Source: Macrostomum hystrix (Eukaryota; Animalia; Platyhelminthes). From it: a DNA stretch of 64,000 bases. Below the pieces are notes generated by a model. That model was not told where the DNA came from and searched no databases. It saw only the letters and a list, made by a program, of their open reading frames with translations. Made by a program: the position numbers and the translations under genes. Of the stretch, positions 13,001 to 26,200 are shown one piece after another. The stretch spans positions 2,232,001-2,296,000 of the forward strand of contig CATNEN010000039.1 in the NCBI GenBank assembly GCA_950097015.1. Direction: 5' to 3'. How positions within the stretch are numbered: the first letter of the stretch is position 1; every line of letters starts with the position of its first letter.

Positions 13001-16000
13001 GGAAATGGACAGGTAGGTGAGGCTGGGAATGGGCAGGTAGGTGAGACTGGGAATGGACAGGTAGGTGAGGCTGGGAATGGACAGGTAGGTGAGGCAGGGA
13101 ATGGACAGGTATGTGAGGCTAGGGGTGGACAGGTAGGTGGGGCTAGGAATGGACAGGTAGGTGAGACTGGGAATGGACAGGTAGGTGAGGATGGGAATGG
13201 ACAGGTAGGTGAGGCTGGGAATGGACAGTTAGGTGAGACTGGGAATGGACAGGTAGGTGAGGCTGGGAATGGACAGGTAGATGAGGCTAGCGATGGACAG
13301 TTATGTGTGTCTGGAAACTTATTTGCATGGGTTGCATGGAAAGATAGGTGCCGAGTAAAATGTTTAGCATTCTAAGGCTTGCCTCCTGAACTAAGCTTCA
13401 ATTTTGTGTGAATCAGACACCATAATATAGAACTGTTTTGTTATGTAGGTCTCGATCCCACCCTAGCGGACTACCTGCACATATTCATGGAAAATGAAAT
13501 TTCTGGCGAGCGTCTATTAAACATGACCCACGATGACCTGGTCCGCATCGGCGTTGACAAGGTTGGGCCGCAGGCCATTCTATTAGAAGCTGTGGACGCT
13601 GTTAAGCGGCTGGTAATCCAAATGAAATCTAGAAGTTTAATTACTTTGATTCTCCTAAACCTATAATTAATACATTGAAATCTACCCACAGAACTCATCC
13701 TACATGGAGGCTGACACTCTGCAGCTGCACATCTATCAGCTGTCTGTGGCCGCCAACTGTCTGGTGCAGAATATTCAGGTAGGGAGAGCGGACAGAGTGG
13801 GACCGGAGTGGGTAGGAAAATCGGATTAAGGAAAAGGGAGACAGTACGAAAATTGGAACATATACCTTGAACTAGAAAGAATAAAAAGTGAGATCTGGGG
13901 GTGAGTGGCAGAGTGGTTAACGGGTGTGAGATCTGGGGGTGAGTGGCAGAGTGGTTAACGGGTGTGAGATCTGGGGGTGAGTGGCAGAGTGGTTAACGGG
14001 TGTGAGATCTGGGGGTGAGTGGCAGAGTGGTTAACGGGTTTGCCTCTCGCACCAAGGTTTCTGAGCTCGATTCCGCGGTGAGGCCACATTCATTTGGGGC
14101 GCAGCCGCGGAGAGAAGGCTTGGGGGTTGTCGTGAAATTTACACCCTTAAGGGCCAACTATCCTCCAAGGCTCGGTGACAGTGTACACTGCCTGACAATG
14201 AGAAAGTCAGGGCAGATGTACAAACCTGTGTGAGCGTGTGCCTGTGAACGGTATCTGTGTGCGTGTGTGCTCAGGAGTCAATGAAAGGGGCAGAATTGCC
14301 TCCTCGCTGGCTGCGGGTCTAGTGTAACAAAATGATGTACCACTGCCCGCAGCCCTCCAGCAATTATTATTATGATTATTTTTATTAATGACAAAAATAA
14401 AGATATTAGAGATGGGATGAAGCAGATAGAGAAGGCCAACGATACGACTATAATTGTTACTTGTTGTTAGTCCTGCAAGTTTTTCCCATGGTTTCACCGC
14501 CCCACCCCTAGGCCTACATCACCCTGATCAACCAGATCGACTCCAACCCCATGGAGCGGGCACTCTACGAGCACGACAAGGGTCGCTATCAGCTGGACTT
14601 TTTCACCGCCCTCGTTGAACTGGTCGAATCGGCCAAGGAGGCCGTCTGCTGGCTCTGCCGGGTGCCGTTCTACAGCTCCTTGGATACGGAATCTACTAGG
14701 CTGCTGCACAGCATTCAGCAGTCTGTTGGCAACATTGTGTGCACTTTTCCCAGCTTCTCTGAGTCGCACCAGGGCAAAGCGCTGCAGGACATTAAAGAGC
14801 AGGTGGGTCAAGCCTTCTTTGCGCCCAAGTTTCCTAAATCCTCGGCTCTTGTTCCTCAGGCCTGCCTTCTCGCTTCTCCATGTCAGAGTCTGAAGCTGAC
14901 TACAACCTGCGAGAAGTACGTCACGGGCTTCAAGGACCCGCTGGCGGTCATGCCCTGCCAGCTGGAGTTGGTCCACATTAAGCGCAACCCGGGCGACAAC
15001 AAATGGGTGAGTAAAAGAGACATTGCTGAGCTATGGCCAGTTCTGCTGAAATTCTTTCACATGTTCAACAGCCTACGAACCATATCTCAATTTTTCTTAA
15101 GAATGTCTCTAGCTGGTAAAACTTACAATCACGAAACTCTCCTAACCCGAATTTGCACTAACCCGAAACTCCACTAACCCGAAACTCCATTAACCCGAAA
15201 CTCCACTAACCCAAAACTCCACTAACCCGAAACTCCATTAACCCGAAACTCCACGAACCCGAAACTCTACGAACCCGAAACTCCACGAGCCCGAAACTCC
15301 ACGAACCCGAAACTCCACTAACCCGAAACTCTACTAACCCGAAACTGCACTTACCCGAAACTCTACGAACCCGAAACTCCACGAACCCGAAACTCTACGA
15401 GCCCGAAACTCCATTAACCCGAAACTCCACTAACCCGAAACTGCACTTACCCGAAACTCTACGAACCCGAAACTCCACGAGCCCGAAACTCCACTAACCC
15501 GAAACTCCACTAACCCGAAACTCCACTAACCCGAAACTGCACTAACCCGAAACTGCACTAACCCGAAACTCCACAAACCCGAAACTCCCCTAACCCGAAA
15601 CTCCACGAATCCGTAACTCCATTAAACTGAAACTCCACGAACCCGAAACTGCACGAACCCGAAACTCCATTAACCCGAAACTCCACTAACCCGAAACTCC
15701 ACTAACCCGAAACTGCACTAACCCGAAACTCTACGAACCCGAAACTCCACGAACCCGAAACTCTACGAACCCGAAACTCCACGAACCCGAAACTCCACTA
15801 ACCCGAAACTCCACTAACCCGAAACTCCACTAACCCGAAACTCCATTAACCCGAAACTCCACTAACCCGAAACTCCACTAACCCGAAACTCCACGAACCC
15901 GAAACTCTACGGGTTTCGGGTTCGTAAAGAGTTTCGGGTTCGTAACCCGAAACTTACGAACTTACGAAAGCTTTTTCCCGAAGCTTTTGCCTGCTTTTAC

Positions 16001-19000
16001 AAATGAATTGTTGGCTTCGACAACAAAGGATTTGTTCGACTTCAAAGAAGAAGAAGAAGACGATAATGATGTCGGCGAGGAGTTGGAAAATTTGTGGAGC
16101 GAGCCGGATGAAGCTGCTGGCTTTGAGTTGCCATGCGAGTTCAGGCATAGCCCAGCCCTGATTGGCTGCTCAGCGCCTGGCAACTTTCAGAGCTGGCACA
16201 GAACTGAAACAACACTGTCTTGTGTGCGTGCTTAGAAACCTGTAGCGAATGAATTTGACAAAAACAGTAGCGTAATTCGTGATTTAGTGTGCTACGAATT
16301 ATCACCTAATTAGGTCGGCGCCTGTAGCGAATGAATTTGACAAAAAACAGTAGCGTAATTCGTGATTTAGTGTGCTACGAATTATCACCTAATTAGGTCG
16401 GCGCCTGTAGCGAATGAATTTGACAAAAAACAGTAGCGTAATTCGTGATTTAGTGTGCTACGAATTATCACCTAATTAGATCGGCGAAGTCAGCTGATTC
16501 AATTCGCGCTTTCAGATGTTCCAGCAGAATCTTGTCTACGCCTGACTATTTCCTGTGATTGTTTTCTTCCGGCCAGGTTATTGAAGGGCAAATTTTGGTT
16601 CATTTATACTGTAGAAACAGTAGAAAGACCTCGCTGTTTCCCCCTGGGGAAAGACCCCTACACGGGGGCTATTTCAAATGCTCGCTGCCTATTTCGTGAC
16701 AGCTCCCAAACCGAATGACCGATTTTTGTTTAAGTCCACCACATGGATCAAAATTTTGCAGTTGATAATTAAAATAATTTAGGAGTTGCAGAAAAATGTG
16801 TGTATTTTAAATACCCCCGTGATTTTCTTCTATTAAAATATCATTTATGACCTGCCGTTTGACAAAAAATCTACATGTGTAATATTTTCCACTTAACTAA
16901 ACTGTCGTCATCATTACAACTTCGGTCTCTGAAATAGTCATTGTTGCTTCGATCATTCAATCCGTCATTACAGCTACAGTTTGTTAATCGTCAATAATGC
17001 TTCGGTCATTAAATTATCCATCGCAGCTTCTGTCACTGCAGATTTAGTTATTCTAGTTGGTGCTGCAGGTTTGGTCATTCTAGTTGGTGCTGCAGGTTTG
17101 GTCATTCTAGTTGGTGCTGCAGGTTTGGTCATTTTGGTCAGCGTTGCAGCTTTAGTCTTTAAAATTACGTCATTGTAGCTGCAGTCATTGAATCTGTCTG
17201 CAGCTTCGGTCATTGTAGTCGTCATTGCAGTTTTGATCATTGCAGTCGTCATTGCAGTTTTTTTCATTGCAGCTTTGATAATCTTAGTCGGCATTGGCGG
17301 CTCTCTAGTCTTTGAATCCGTAATTTCAGATTTGGCCATTTAATGTCCGTAGTTTTAGTCATAACCATCATTGCAGATTTGGTCATTGAATTGTGTTTTT
17401 ACTCAATTCGCTAATTAATGAAATCCCTTGCACTACTCCACCAGGGGATCACACTGCTCACTCTGAATAACAGCTTGGCGACTCACGTGATCTCAGAGGT
17501 CAGCAACGAATCGGCCGTCACTGGCAACCAGATTCAGAAGGGAGACGAAGTGCTGGCAGTGGCTGATCAGCCGGTAGTGTGCCTGCCGCACCAGTGCGTG
17601 TCCAGCATCATTGAGCAGACGCCTGGCGCTCTGCAGCTCGTGCTCCGCAAGCGGCCCTGCTACTCGGAGTCGCGCCAGGGCAAGCGCAAGCCACGGCCGC
17701 CGCGCAGCAGCAAGCGTCGGAGTATTGGCGACTCCAAGAAGAAGACCCAGGCTGAAGCGGCCGCCGCGGGAGCCGCGGCAGCAGCTGGGCGCTCCGGCTT
17801 CGGTCCCGTGACGCTGGACAGGCACTTCATGGGCGCATCCGGGCAGCACATGGCTACGCATTTGGAGCACGATGAGTCTGTTCTCACTGTTTGTAAGTGA
17901 CGCGCTGTTTATATAGAAATATTCATTACTTTCTAGGCACACCATTTTGTGACAGCAGACCCCCCAAACCAGCGGGTTTCTGAATCTTGAATTCAGGTGT
18001 ACACAGATATCATACTTTCACTGTGCCTTGGAGGTTGACCTTAAGTAAATGGCCTTGAGTTACACAACAAGACCCCAAGCCTTCTTTCCGCGTCTGCGCC
18101 TCGAATGATTATGCCCGATCTCTGCCACTTGTCCTGCATAACAATCTATTTTTTCTTTTAGTTTTTAATTTGTACATCATTATCATGTTATTGTAGAACA
18201 TGCAGATAGTAGCAATCGATAGTAATTAAATAACAATAGTCGTATGAAAAACTAGTATGTTAGACTAGCTAATTTGCCCCCTTCAATAAGGGTTGCTGTT
18301 ATATAAGATTTTGCTACTGTACAATTTCATAAATAAGAAAAAACACGCATATTGGACATTGTTATGTGTACTTTAACCAGTATTTATCCTTTGTTCGTCA
18401 AGTTTCTTTGTGTAAAATTGGAGGCCATCTACTTGTGTTATTTCTCTTTAAGACTCAATTAAAGTTTTCAGCTTTGAATGTTGGCGCGGGCTTTGAATTT
18501 CAGAGCTGAGCCAGCGGCCGGATGCACGGCGGTCTGTCCTGACCGACTCACTTTCTTTGATGAGCTTAGCTTTTATTCACAAAGTCCCCGTATTCGTAAT
18601 CGATCGCGGTGAATTGGTGCCTTATTTTCATCGCTACCTGTTTGTTAATTATATCGAATTTCTAATCCTCAGGGGATGTACTTTCGCGCTTTTTAGAATC
18701 AGGTTAACGGTTTTGTGGTGCCTAGTATTTCTATGTTGTTATCACGACGACTAAAAACTGGTTAGTAAAAATTGGACTATTAATTATGTCTGAGCCCTTT
18801 GGCTCTCAAATGGCTTTGGGCGATGTGACGAAAATTTTTGCTGCTTTGTGATTTCCTTCGTACATGAAAGTGGAGCAATTTTATAGATTATTTTATTTTG
18901 CTACATTTTGGTTGCACTTTTGCATAGGATACTGTCAATGTGAGGATGGAGTCCACATGTATCCGTTATTCAGTCGATTCATGTTTCTACTTGTCTTTAT

Positions 19001-22000
19001 ATATTCGTCTGGTAGTCTTTATCCATTACTCTGGTATTCATTAACCATCAGTCTGGTTGTCTTTATCCATCTGCATGGTAAGTCTTTATCCACAGTCTGG
19101 TAGTATTTATCCATCAGTCTGGTAGTATTTATCCACAGTCTGGTAGTATATATCCATCAGTCTGGTAGTCTTTATCCACAGTTTGGTAGTATTTATCCAT
19201 CAGTCTGGTAGTATTTATCCATCAGTCTGGTAGTATTTATCCATCAGTCTGGTAGTATTTATCCACAGTCTGGTAGTATTTATCCATCAGTCTGGTAGTC
19301 TTTATCCATCAGTCTGGTAGTCTTTATCCACAGTTTGGTAGTATTTATCCATCAGTCTGGTAGTCTTTATCCACAGTCTGGTAGTATTTATCCATCAGTC
19401 TGGTAGTCTTTATCCACAGTTTGGTAGTCTTTATCCACAGTTTGGTAGTATTTATCCATCAGTCTGGTAGTATTTATCCACAGTCTGGTAGTCTTTATCC
19501 ATCAGTCTGGTAGTATTTATCCATCAGTCTGGTAGTATTTATCCATCAGTCTGGTAGTATTTATCCATCAGTCTGGTAGTATTTATCCATCAGTCTGGTA
19601 GTATTTATCCATCAGTCTGGTAGTATTTATCCATCAGTCTGGTAGTATTTATCCATCAGTCTGGTAGTATTTATCCATCAGTCTGGTAGTCTTTATCCAC
19701 AGTTTGGTAGTATTTATCCATCAGTCTGGTAAGTCTTTATCCACAGTCTGGTAGTATTTATCCATCAGTCTGGTAGTCTTTATCCATCAGTCTGGTAGTC
19801 TTTATCCATCAGTCTGGTAAGTCTTTATCCACAGTCTGGTAGTATTTATCCATCAGTCTGGTAGTATTTATCCATCAGTCTGGTAAGTCTTTATCCACAG
19901 TCTGGTAGTCTTTATCCATCAGTCTGGTCTGTTTCTTCAATGTGAAACTTTACTACCCCAAAAATGCCGCCTCCCCGTCCAGCCGTATCCTCGCGCCAGC
20001 CGCCGCAGATCACGCTGACGGAGTCCGCAGACCCTCGCCGGCCGAAATATCCCTCAGTTAGCAGCCTTCCGGATCATCAGCAGCAGCAGCTGCAGCTGCA
20101 GCATCAGCAGCTACAGCAGCAGCAGCTTCACTATGCTACTTTAAGCAGTCCGTCAAGAAATCGGAACCACTCTCATAACGGTGGCGGCGGCACGCCAACG
20201 CGTCAGCATCAGAGGACGCCTTCGAGGGAGGATCCGCGCGGCAACAGCTGCATCAGCGACGAGCCGGGCGTCTGTCGCGGCTGGCTGCTGATGAAGAAGC
20301 CGCGCTCGCCCATCATGCCTGCGAAATGGATCCGGCACTTCTGCGTGCTCAAGAACCACACCTTCTATTATTATAAGACTGAGAACATTCTGGTAAGCTG
20401 TGCTCTCACCCCTACAATATCATATTATGGTACTTGTAGAATCCCATATAGATTCCACCGTGATCCCATATAGATTCCACCGTGATCCCATGAACATTCT
20501 TCTGTGATCACATGTAGATTCCACCGTCATCTCATATAGATTCCACCGTCATCTCATATAGATTCCACGGTCATCTCATATAGATTCCACCGTCATCTCA
20601 TATAGATTCCACCTTAATTCCATGTAGATTCCACCGTCATCTCATATAGATTCCACCGTCATCTCATATAGATTCCACCGTCATCTCATATAGTAATCAC
20701 CGTCATCTCATATAGATTCCACCGTCATCTCATATAGTAATCACCGTCATCTCATATAGATTCCACCGTCATCTCATATAGATTCCACCGTCATCTCATA
20801 TAGATTCCACCGTCATCTCATATAGATTCCACCGTCATCTCATATAGATTCCACCGTCATCTCATATAGATTCCACCGTCATCTCCAATAGATTCCACCG
20901 TCATCTCATATAGATTCCACCGTCATCTCATATAGATTCCACCGTCATCTCCAATAGATTCCACCGTCATCTCATATAGATTCCACCGTCATCTCATATA
21001 GATTCCACCGTCATCTCATATAGATTCCACCGTCATCTCATATAGATTCCACCGTCATCTCATATAGATTCCACCGTCATCTCATATAGATTCCACCGTC
21101 ATCTCATATAGATTCCACCGTCATCTCATATAGATTCCACCGTCATCTCATATAGATTCCACCGTCATCTCCAATAGATTCCACCGTCATCTCATATAGA
21201 TTCCACCGTCATCTCATATAGATTCCACCGTCATCTCCAATAGATTCCACCGTCATCTCATATAGATTCCACCGTCATCTCATATAGATTCCACCGTCAT
21301 CTCATATAGATTCCACCGTCATCTCATATAGATTCCACCGTCATCTCATATAGATTCCACCGTCATCTCATATAGATTCCACCGTCATCTCCAATAGATT
21401 CCACCGTCATCTCATATAGATTCCACCGTCATCTCATATAGATTCCACCGTCATCTCATATAGATTCCACCGTCATCTCATATAGATTCCACCGTCATCT
21501 CATATAGATTCCACCGTCATCTCATATAGATTCCACCGTCATCTCATATAGATTCCACCGTCATCTCATATAGATTCCACCGTCATCTCATATAGATTCC
21601 ACCGTCATCTCATATAGATTCCACCTTAATTCCATGTAGATTCTATATATCGATGTATATTCTACTGTAATTCCATGTAGATTCCACCGTGATCCAATGT
21701 AGGTTCTACCTTGATCCCATGTATATTCTAACGTGCTACCATGTTGACTTTACCGTAATCTTACTAGAACCTACTGCTATTTGATCTAACCAGATCTATG
21801 CCAATTTCAGGAGGACCACGCCGAGGGGCTGATTAATATGCCGCACCTGACCGTGGCCTACGCTGACCCCGAGCGCAATCAGAAATATCCGTTCTACATT
21901 GAGAACCGCGCGGTGCAGACCACTTTCATCTTTGCCGCCGATAGCGAAAGCAATCGAAAACAATGGGTGAACTCCTTGGCACTGGCCACTATAGGGTACA

Positions 22001-23237
22001 AGGTGAGTAAGACCCTTCACATGAAACACCTGCACATAAGACCCTTCACATGAAACACCTGCACATAAGACCCTTCACATGAAACACCTGCACATAAGAC
22101 CCTTCACATGAAACACCTGCACATAAGACCCTTCACATGAAACACCTGCACATAAGACCCTTCACATGAAACACCTGCACATAAGACCCTTCACATGAAA
22201 CACCTGCACATAAGACCCTTCACATGAAACACCTGCACATAAGACCCTTCACTCAAGTCCATTCCCACACACCCTAACGCAAAACCTTTTGCACAAAGCT
22301 ATTTACACAAGACCCTTCACGTGAAACCCTTCATTTACGACCCTTCACTCAAGACCCTTCACTCAAGACCCTTCACTCAAGACCCTTCACTCAAGACCAT
22401 TCACTTAAGACCCTTCACTCAAGACCCTTCACTCAAGACCCTTCACACAAGACCCTTCACACAAGACCCTTCACTCAAGACCCTTCACACAAGACCCTTC
22501 ACTCAAGACCCTTCACTCAAGACCCTTCACTCAAGACCCTTCACTCAAGACCCTTCACACAAGACCCTTCACACAAGACCCTTCACTCAAGACCCTTCAC
22601 ACAAGACCCTTCACTCAAGACCCTTCACTCAAGACCCTTCACTCAATACCCTTCACTCAAGACCCTTCACTCAAGACCCTTCACTCAAGACCCTTCACTC
22701 AAGACTTCACACACACCCTAACGCAAAACCTTTCGCACTAATCTATTCACACAAGAACCTTCACGTGAAACCCTTCATTTACGACCCTTCAATCAAGACC
22801 CTTCACTCAAGAAACTTCACTCAAGACCCTTCACTCAAAATCTTTCACACAAAGATATTCGCACAAAGACCTTCACATGAGACCCTACATACGGGCTGCG
22901 CCAACCTTTCGCAGGTGGCTGAGAACCAGCGCATCGCGGGCTTTGAGCCGCCGTTCGTTTCAATCTCATCGTCGGCCAGCCATCCAGCCGCAGCGTCGCC
23001 CTCGCTGTCCACTCACTCGTCGGCTACCACAGTGTCCACAATCGCCGCCTCAGAACTCCTGCTGGCCGAGGATTTTGACATGTCGCCGAATTCGACGCTT
23101 TCCTCGTCGTCGGCAGCTTCCCTTCCACCGCCGGTACCGCCGCGCCTGTCGCGTTCATCGGCTGCCACCTCTGTGGCTTCTGCGTCGGCTGCGCCCTCGC
23201 GTCATTCGCCGCTGGTGCCGCGCCGCGATCCGCCGCC

Positions 23238-23276
<39 letters not shown>

Positions 23277-26200
23277 TCAGCAGACTTCACCACCGCCGCC
23301 ACCGCCGCCTCCGGCTACTAAAGCCTCTTCGGCTTCCGTGTCAAGCTCTTCCTCACAGCCGACCTCCCCGGCCGTTCAGGCTAGATCCTCTGCTGGCAGC
23401 TCAGTTAGCTACAGGCCGCTGACGCAGATTCTGGAAGGCGCTGTGGTCAGCGGCCCCAATGAGAAGCGAGAGAGCGAATTTCTGCGCAAAGTGATGAAGG
23501 CAAAGCAGCTGGAGCGGCAAATTCAGGTTAGATTAGATCCTATTATAATTATTATTATGATTATAAACCCTGGGGATTAGATCCTAATTATTTGAAACCA
23601 CAGGAATTAGATCCTAATTATTTGAAACCATAAGAATTAGATCCTAATTATTAGAAACCACAGGGATTAGATCCTAATTGTTTGAAACCACAGGGATTAG
23701 ATCCTAATTACTAGAAACCACAGGAATTAGATCCTAATTATTAGAAACCACAGGGATTAGATCCTAATTATTAGAAACCACAGGGATTAGATCCTAATTA
23801 CTAGAAACCACAGGAATTAGATCCTAATTATTAGAAACCACAGGTATTAGATCCTAATTATTAGAAACCACAGGGATTAGATCCTAATTATTAGAAACCA
23901 CAGGGATTAGATCCTAATTGTTTGAAACCACAGGGATTAGATCCTAATTATTAGAAACCATAGGGATTAGATCCTAATTACTAGAAACCACAGGAATTAG
24001 ATCCTAATTATTAGAAACCACAGGTATTAGATCCTAATTATTAGAAACCATAGGGATTAGATCCTAATTATTAGAAACCACAGGAATTAGATCCTAATTA
24101 TTAGAAACCATAAGAATTAGATCCTAATTATTAGAAACCACAGGGATTAGATCCTAATTATTAGAAACCACAGGGATTAGATCCTAATTATTAGAAACCA
24201 TAGGGATTAGATCCTAATTATTAGAAACCACAGGAATTAGATCCTAATTATTAGAAACCACAGGAATTAGATCCTAATTATTAGAAACCACAGGGATTAG
24301 ATCCTAATTATTAGAAACCACAGGGATTAGATCCTAATTATTAGAAACCACAGGAATTAGATCCTAATTATTAGAAACCACAGGGATTAGATCCTGATTA
24401 TTAGAAACCACAGGGATTAGATCCTAATTATTAGAAACCACAGGGATTAGATCCTAATTATTAGAAACCACAGGAATTAGATCCTAATTATTAGAAACCA
24501 CAGGAATTAGATCCTAATTATTAGAAACCACAGGGATTAGATCCTAATTATTAGAAACCACAGGGATTAGATCCTGATTATTAGAAACCACAGGGATTAG
24601 ATCCTAATTATTATAAACCACAGGGATTAGATCCTCATTATTAGAAACCATAGGAATTAGATCCTAATTATTAGAAACCACAGGGATTAGATCCTGATTA
24701 TTAGAAACCACAGGGATTAGATCCTAATTATTAGAAACCACAGGAATTAGATCCTAATTATTTGAGCCATAGGGATTAGATCCTAATTATTAGAAACCAC
24801 AGGAATTAGATCCTAATTATTAGAGACCACAGGAATTAGATCCTAATTATTAGAAACCACAGGGATTAGATCCTCATTATTAGAAACCATAGGAATTAGA
24901 TCCTAATTATTAGAAACCACAGGGATTAGATCCTGATTATTAGAAACCACAGGGATTAGATCCTAATTATTTGAGCCATAGGGATTAGATCCTAATTATT
25001 TGAGCCATAGGGATTAGATCCTAATTATTAGAAACCACAGGGATTAGATCCTAATTATTTGAGCCATAGGGATTAGATCCTAATTATTAGAAACCACAGG
25101 GATTAGATCCTAATTATTAGAAACCACAGGAATTAGATCCTAATTATTTGAGCCATAGGGATTAGATCCTAATTATTAGAAACCACAGGGATTAGATCCT
25201 AATTATTAGAAACCACAGGGATTAGATCCTAATTATTAGAAACCACAGGGATTAGATCCTAATTATTAGAAACCACAGGGATTAGATCCTAATTATTTGA
25301 GCCATAGGGATTAGATCCTAATTATTAGAAACCATAGGAATTAGATCCTAATTATTTGAGCCATAGGGATTAGATCCTAATTATTAGAAACCATAGGAAT
25401 TAGATCCTAATTATTTGAAACCACAGGGATTAGATCCTTATTATTAGAAACCACAGGAATTAGATCCTAATTATTTGAAACCACAGGGATTAGATCCTAA
25501 TTATTAGAAACCATAGGGATTAGATCCTAATTATTTGAAACTATAGGGATTAGATCCTAATTATTTGAAACCACAGGAATTAGATCCTAATTATTTGAAA
25601 CCACAGGGATTAGATCCTTATTATTAGAAACCACAGGAATTAGATCCTAATTATTTGAAACCACAGGGATTAGATCCTAATTATTAGAAACCACAGGAAT
25701 TAGATCCTAATTATTAGAAACCATAGGGATTAGATCCTAATTATTTGAAACTATAGGGATTAGATCCTAATTATTTGAAACCATAGGGATTAGATCCTAA
25801 TTATTTGAGCCATAGGGATTAGATCCTAATTATTAGAAACCATAGGGATTAGATCCTAATTATTAGAAACCACAGGGATTAGATCCTAATTATTAGAAAC
25901 CACAGGGATTAGATCCTAATTATTTGAAACCACAGGGATTAGATCCTAATTATTTGAAACCATAGGAATTAGATCCTAATTGTTAGAAACCATAGGGATT
26001 AGATCCTAATTATTTGAGCCATAGGGATTAGATCCTAATTGTTAGAAACCATAGGGATTAGATCCTAATTATTAGAAACCACAGGAATTAGATCCTAATT
26101 ATTAGAAACCACAGGGATTAGATCCTAATTATTAGAAACCACAGGGATTAGATCCTAATTATTTGAAACCATAGGGATTAGATCCTAATTATTTGAAACC

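Noticed and set aside
15140-15960. Interstitial telomeric repeat (TAACCC / CCCTAA; also 59620-60230)
   Set aside because: The hexamer is only part of a 16- or 22-bp unit; there are no (TTAGGG)n runs.
15987-17339. Small ORFs in CNK intron 5 (82 aa acidic; 121 aa MTKPAAPTR)
   Set aside because: There is no recognisable domain, they are not needed for CNK phase continuity, and the second derives from a degenerate repeat.
22321-22914. N-terminal part of the 419-aa ORF
   Set aside because: It is a 14-bp intronic repeat; the real exon begins at the 22915 acceptor.
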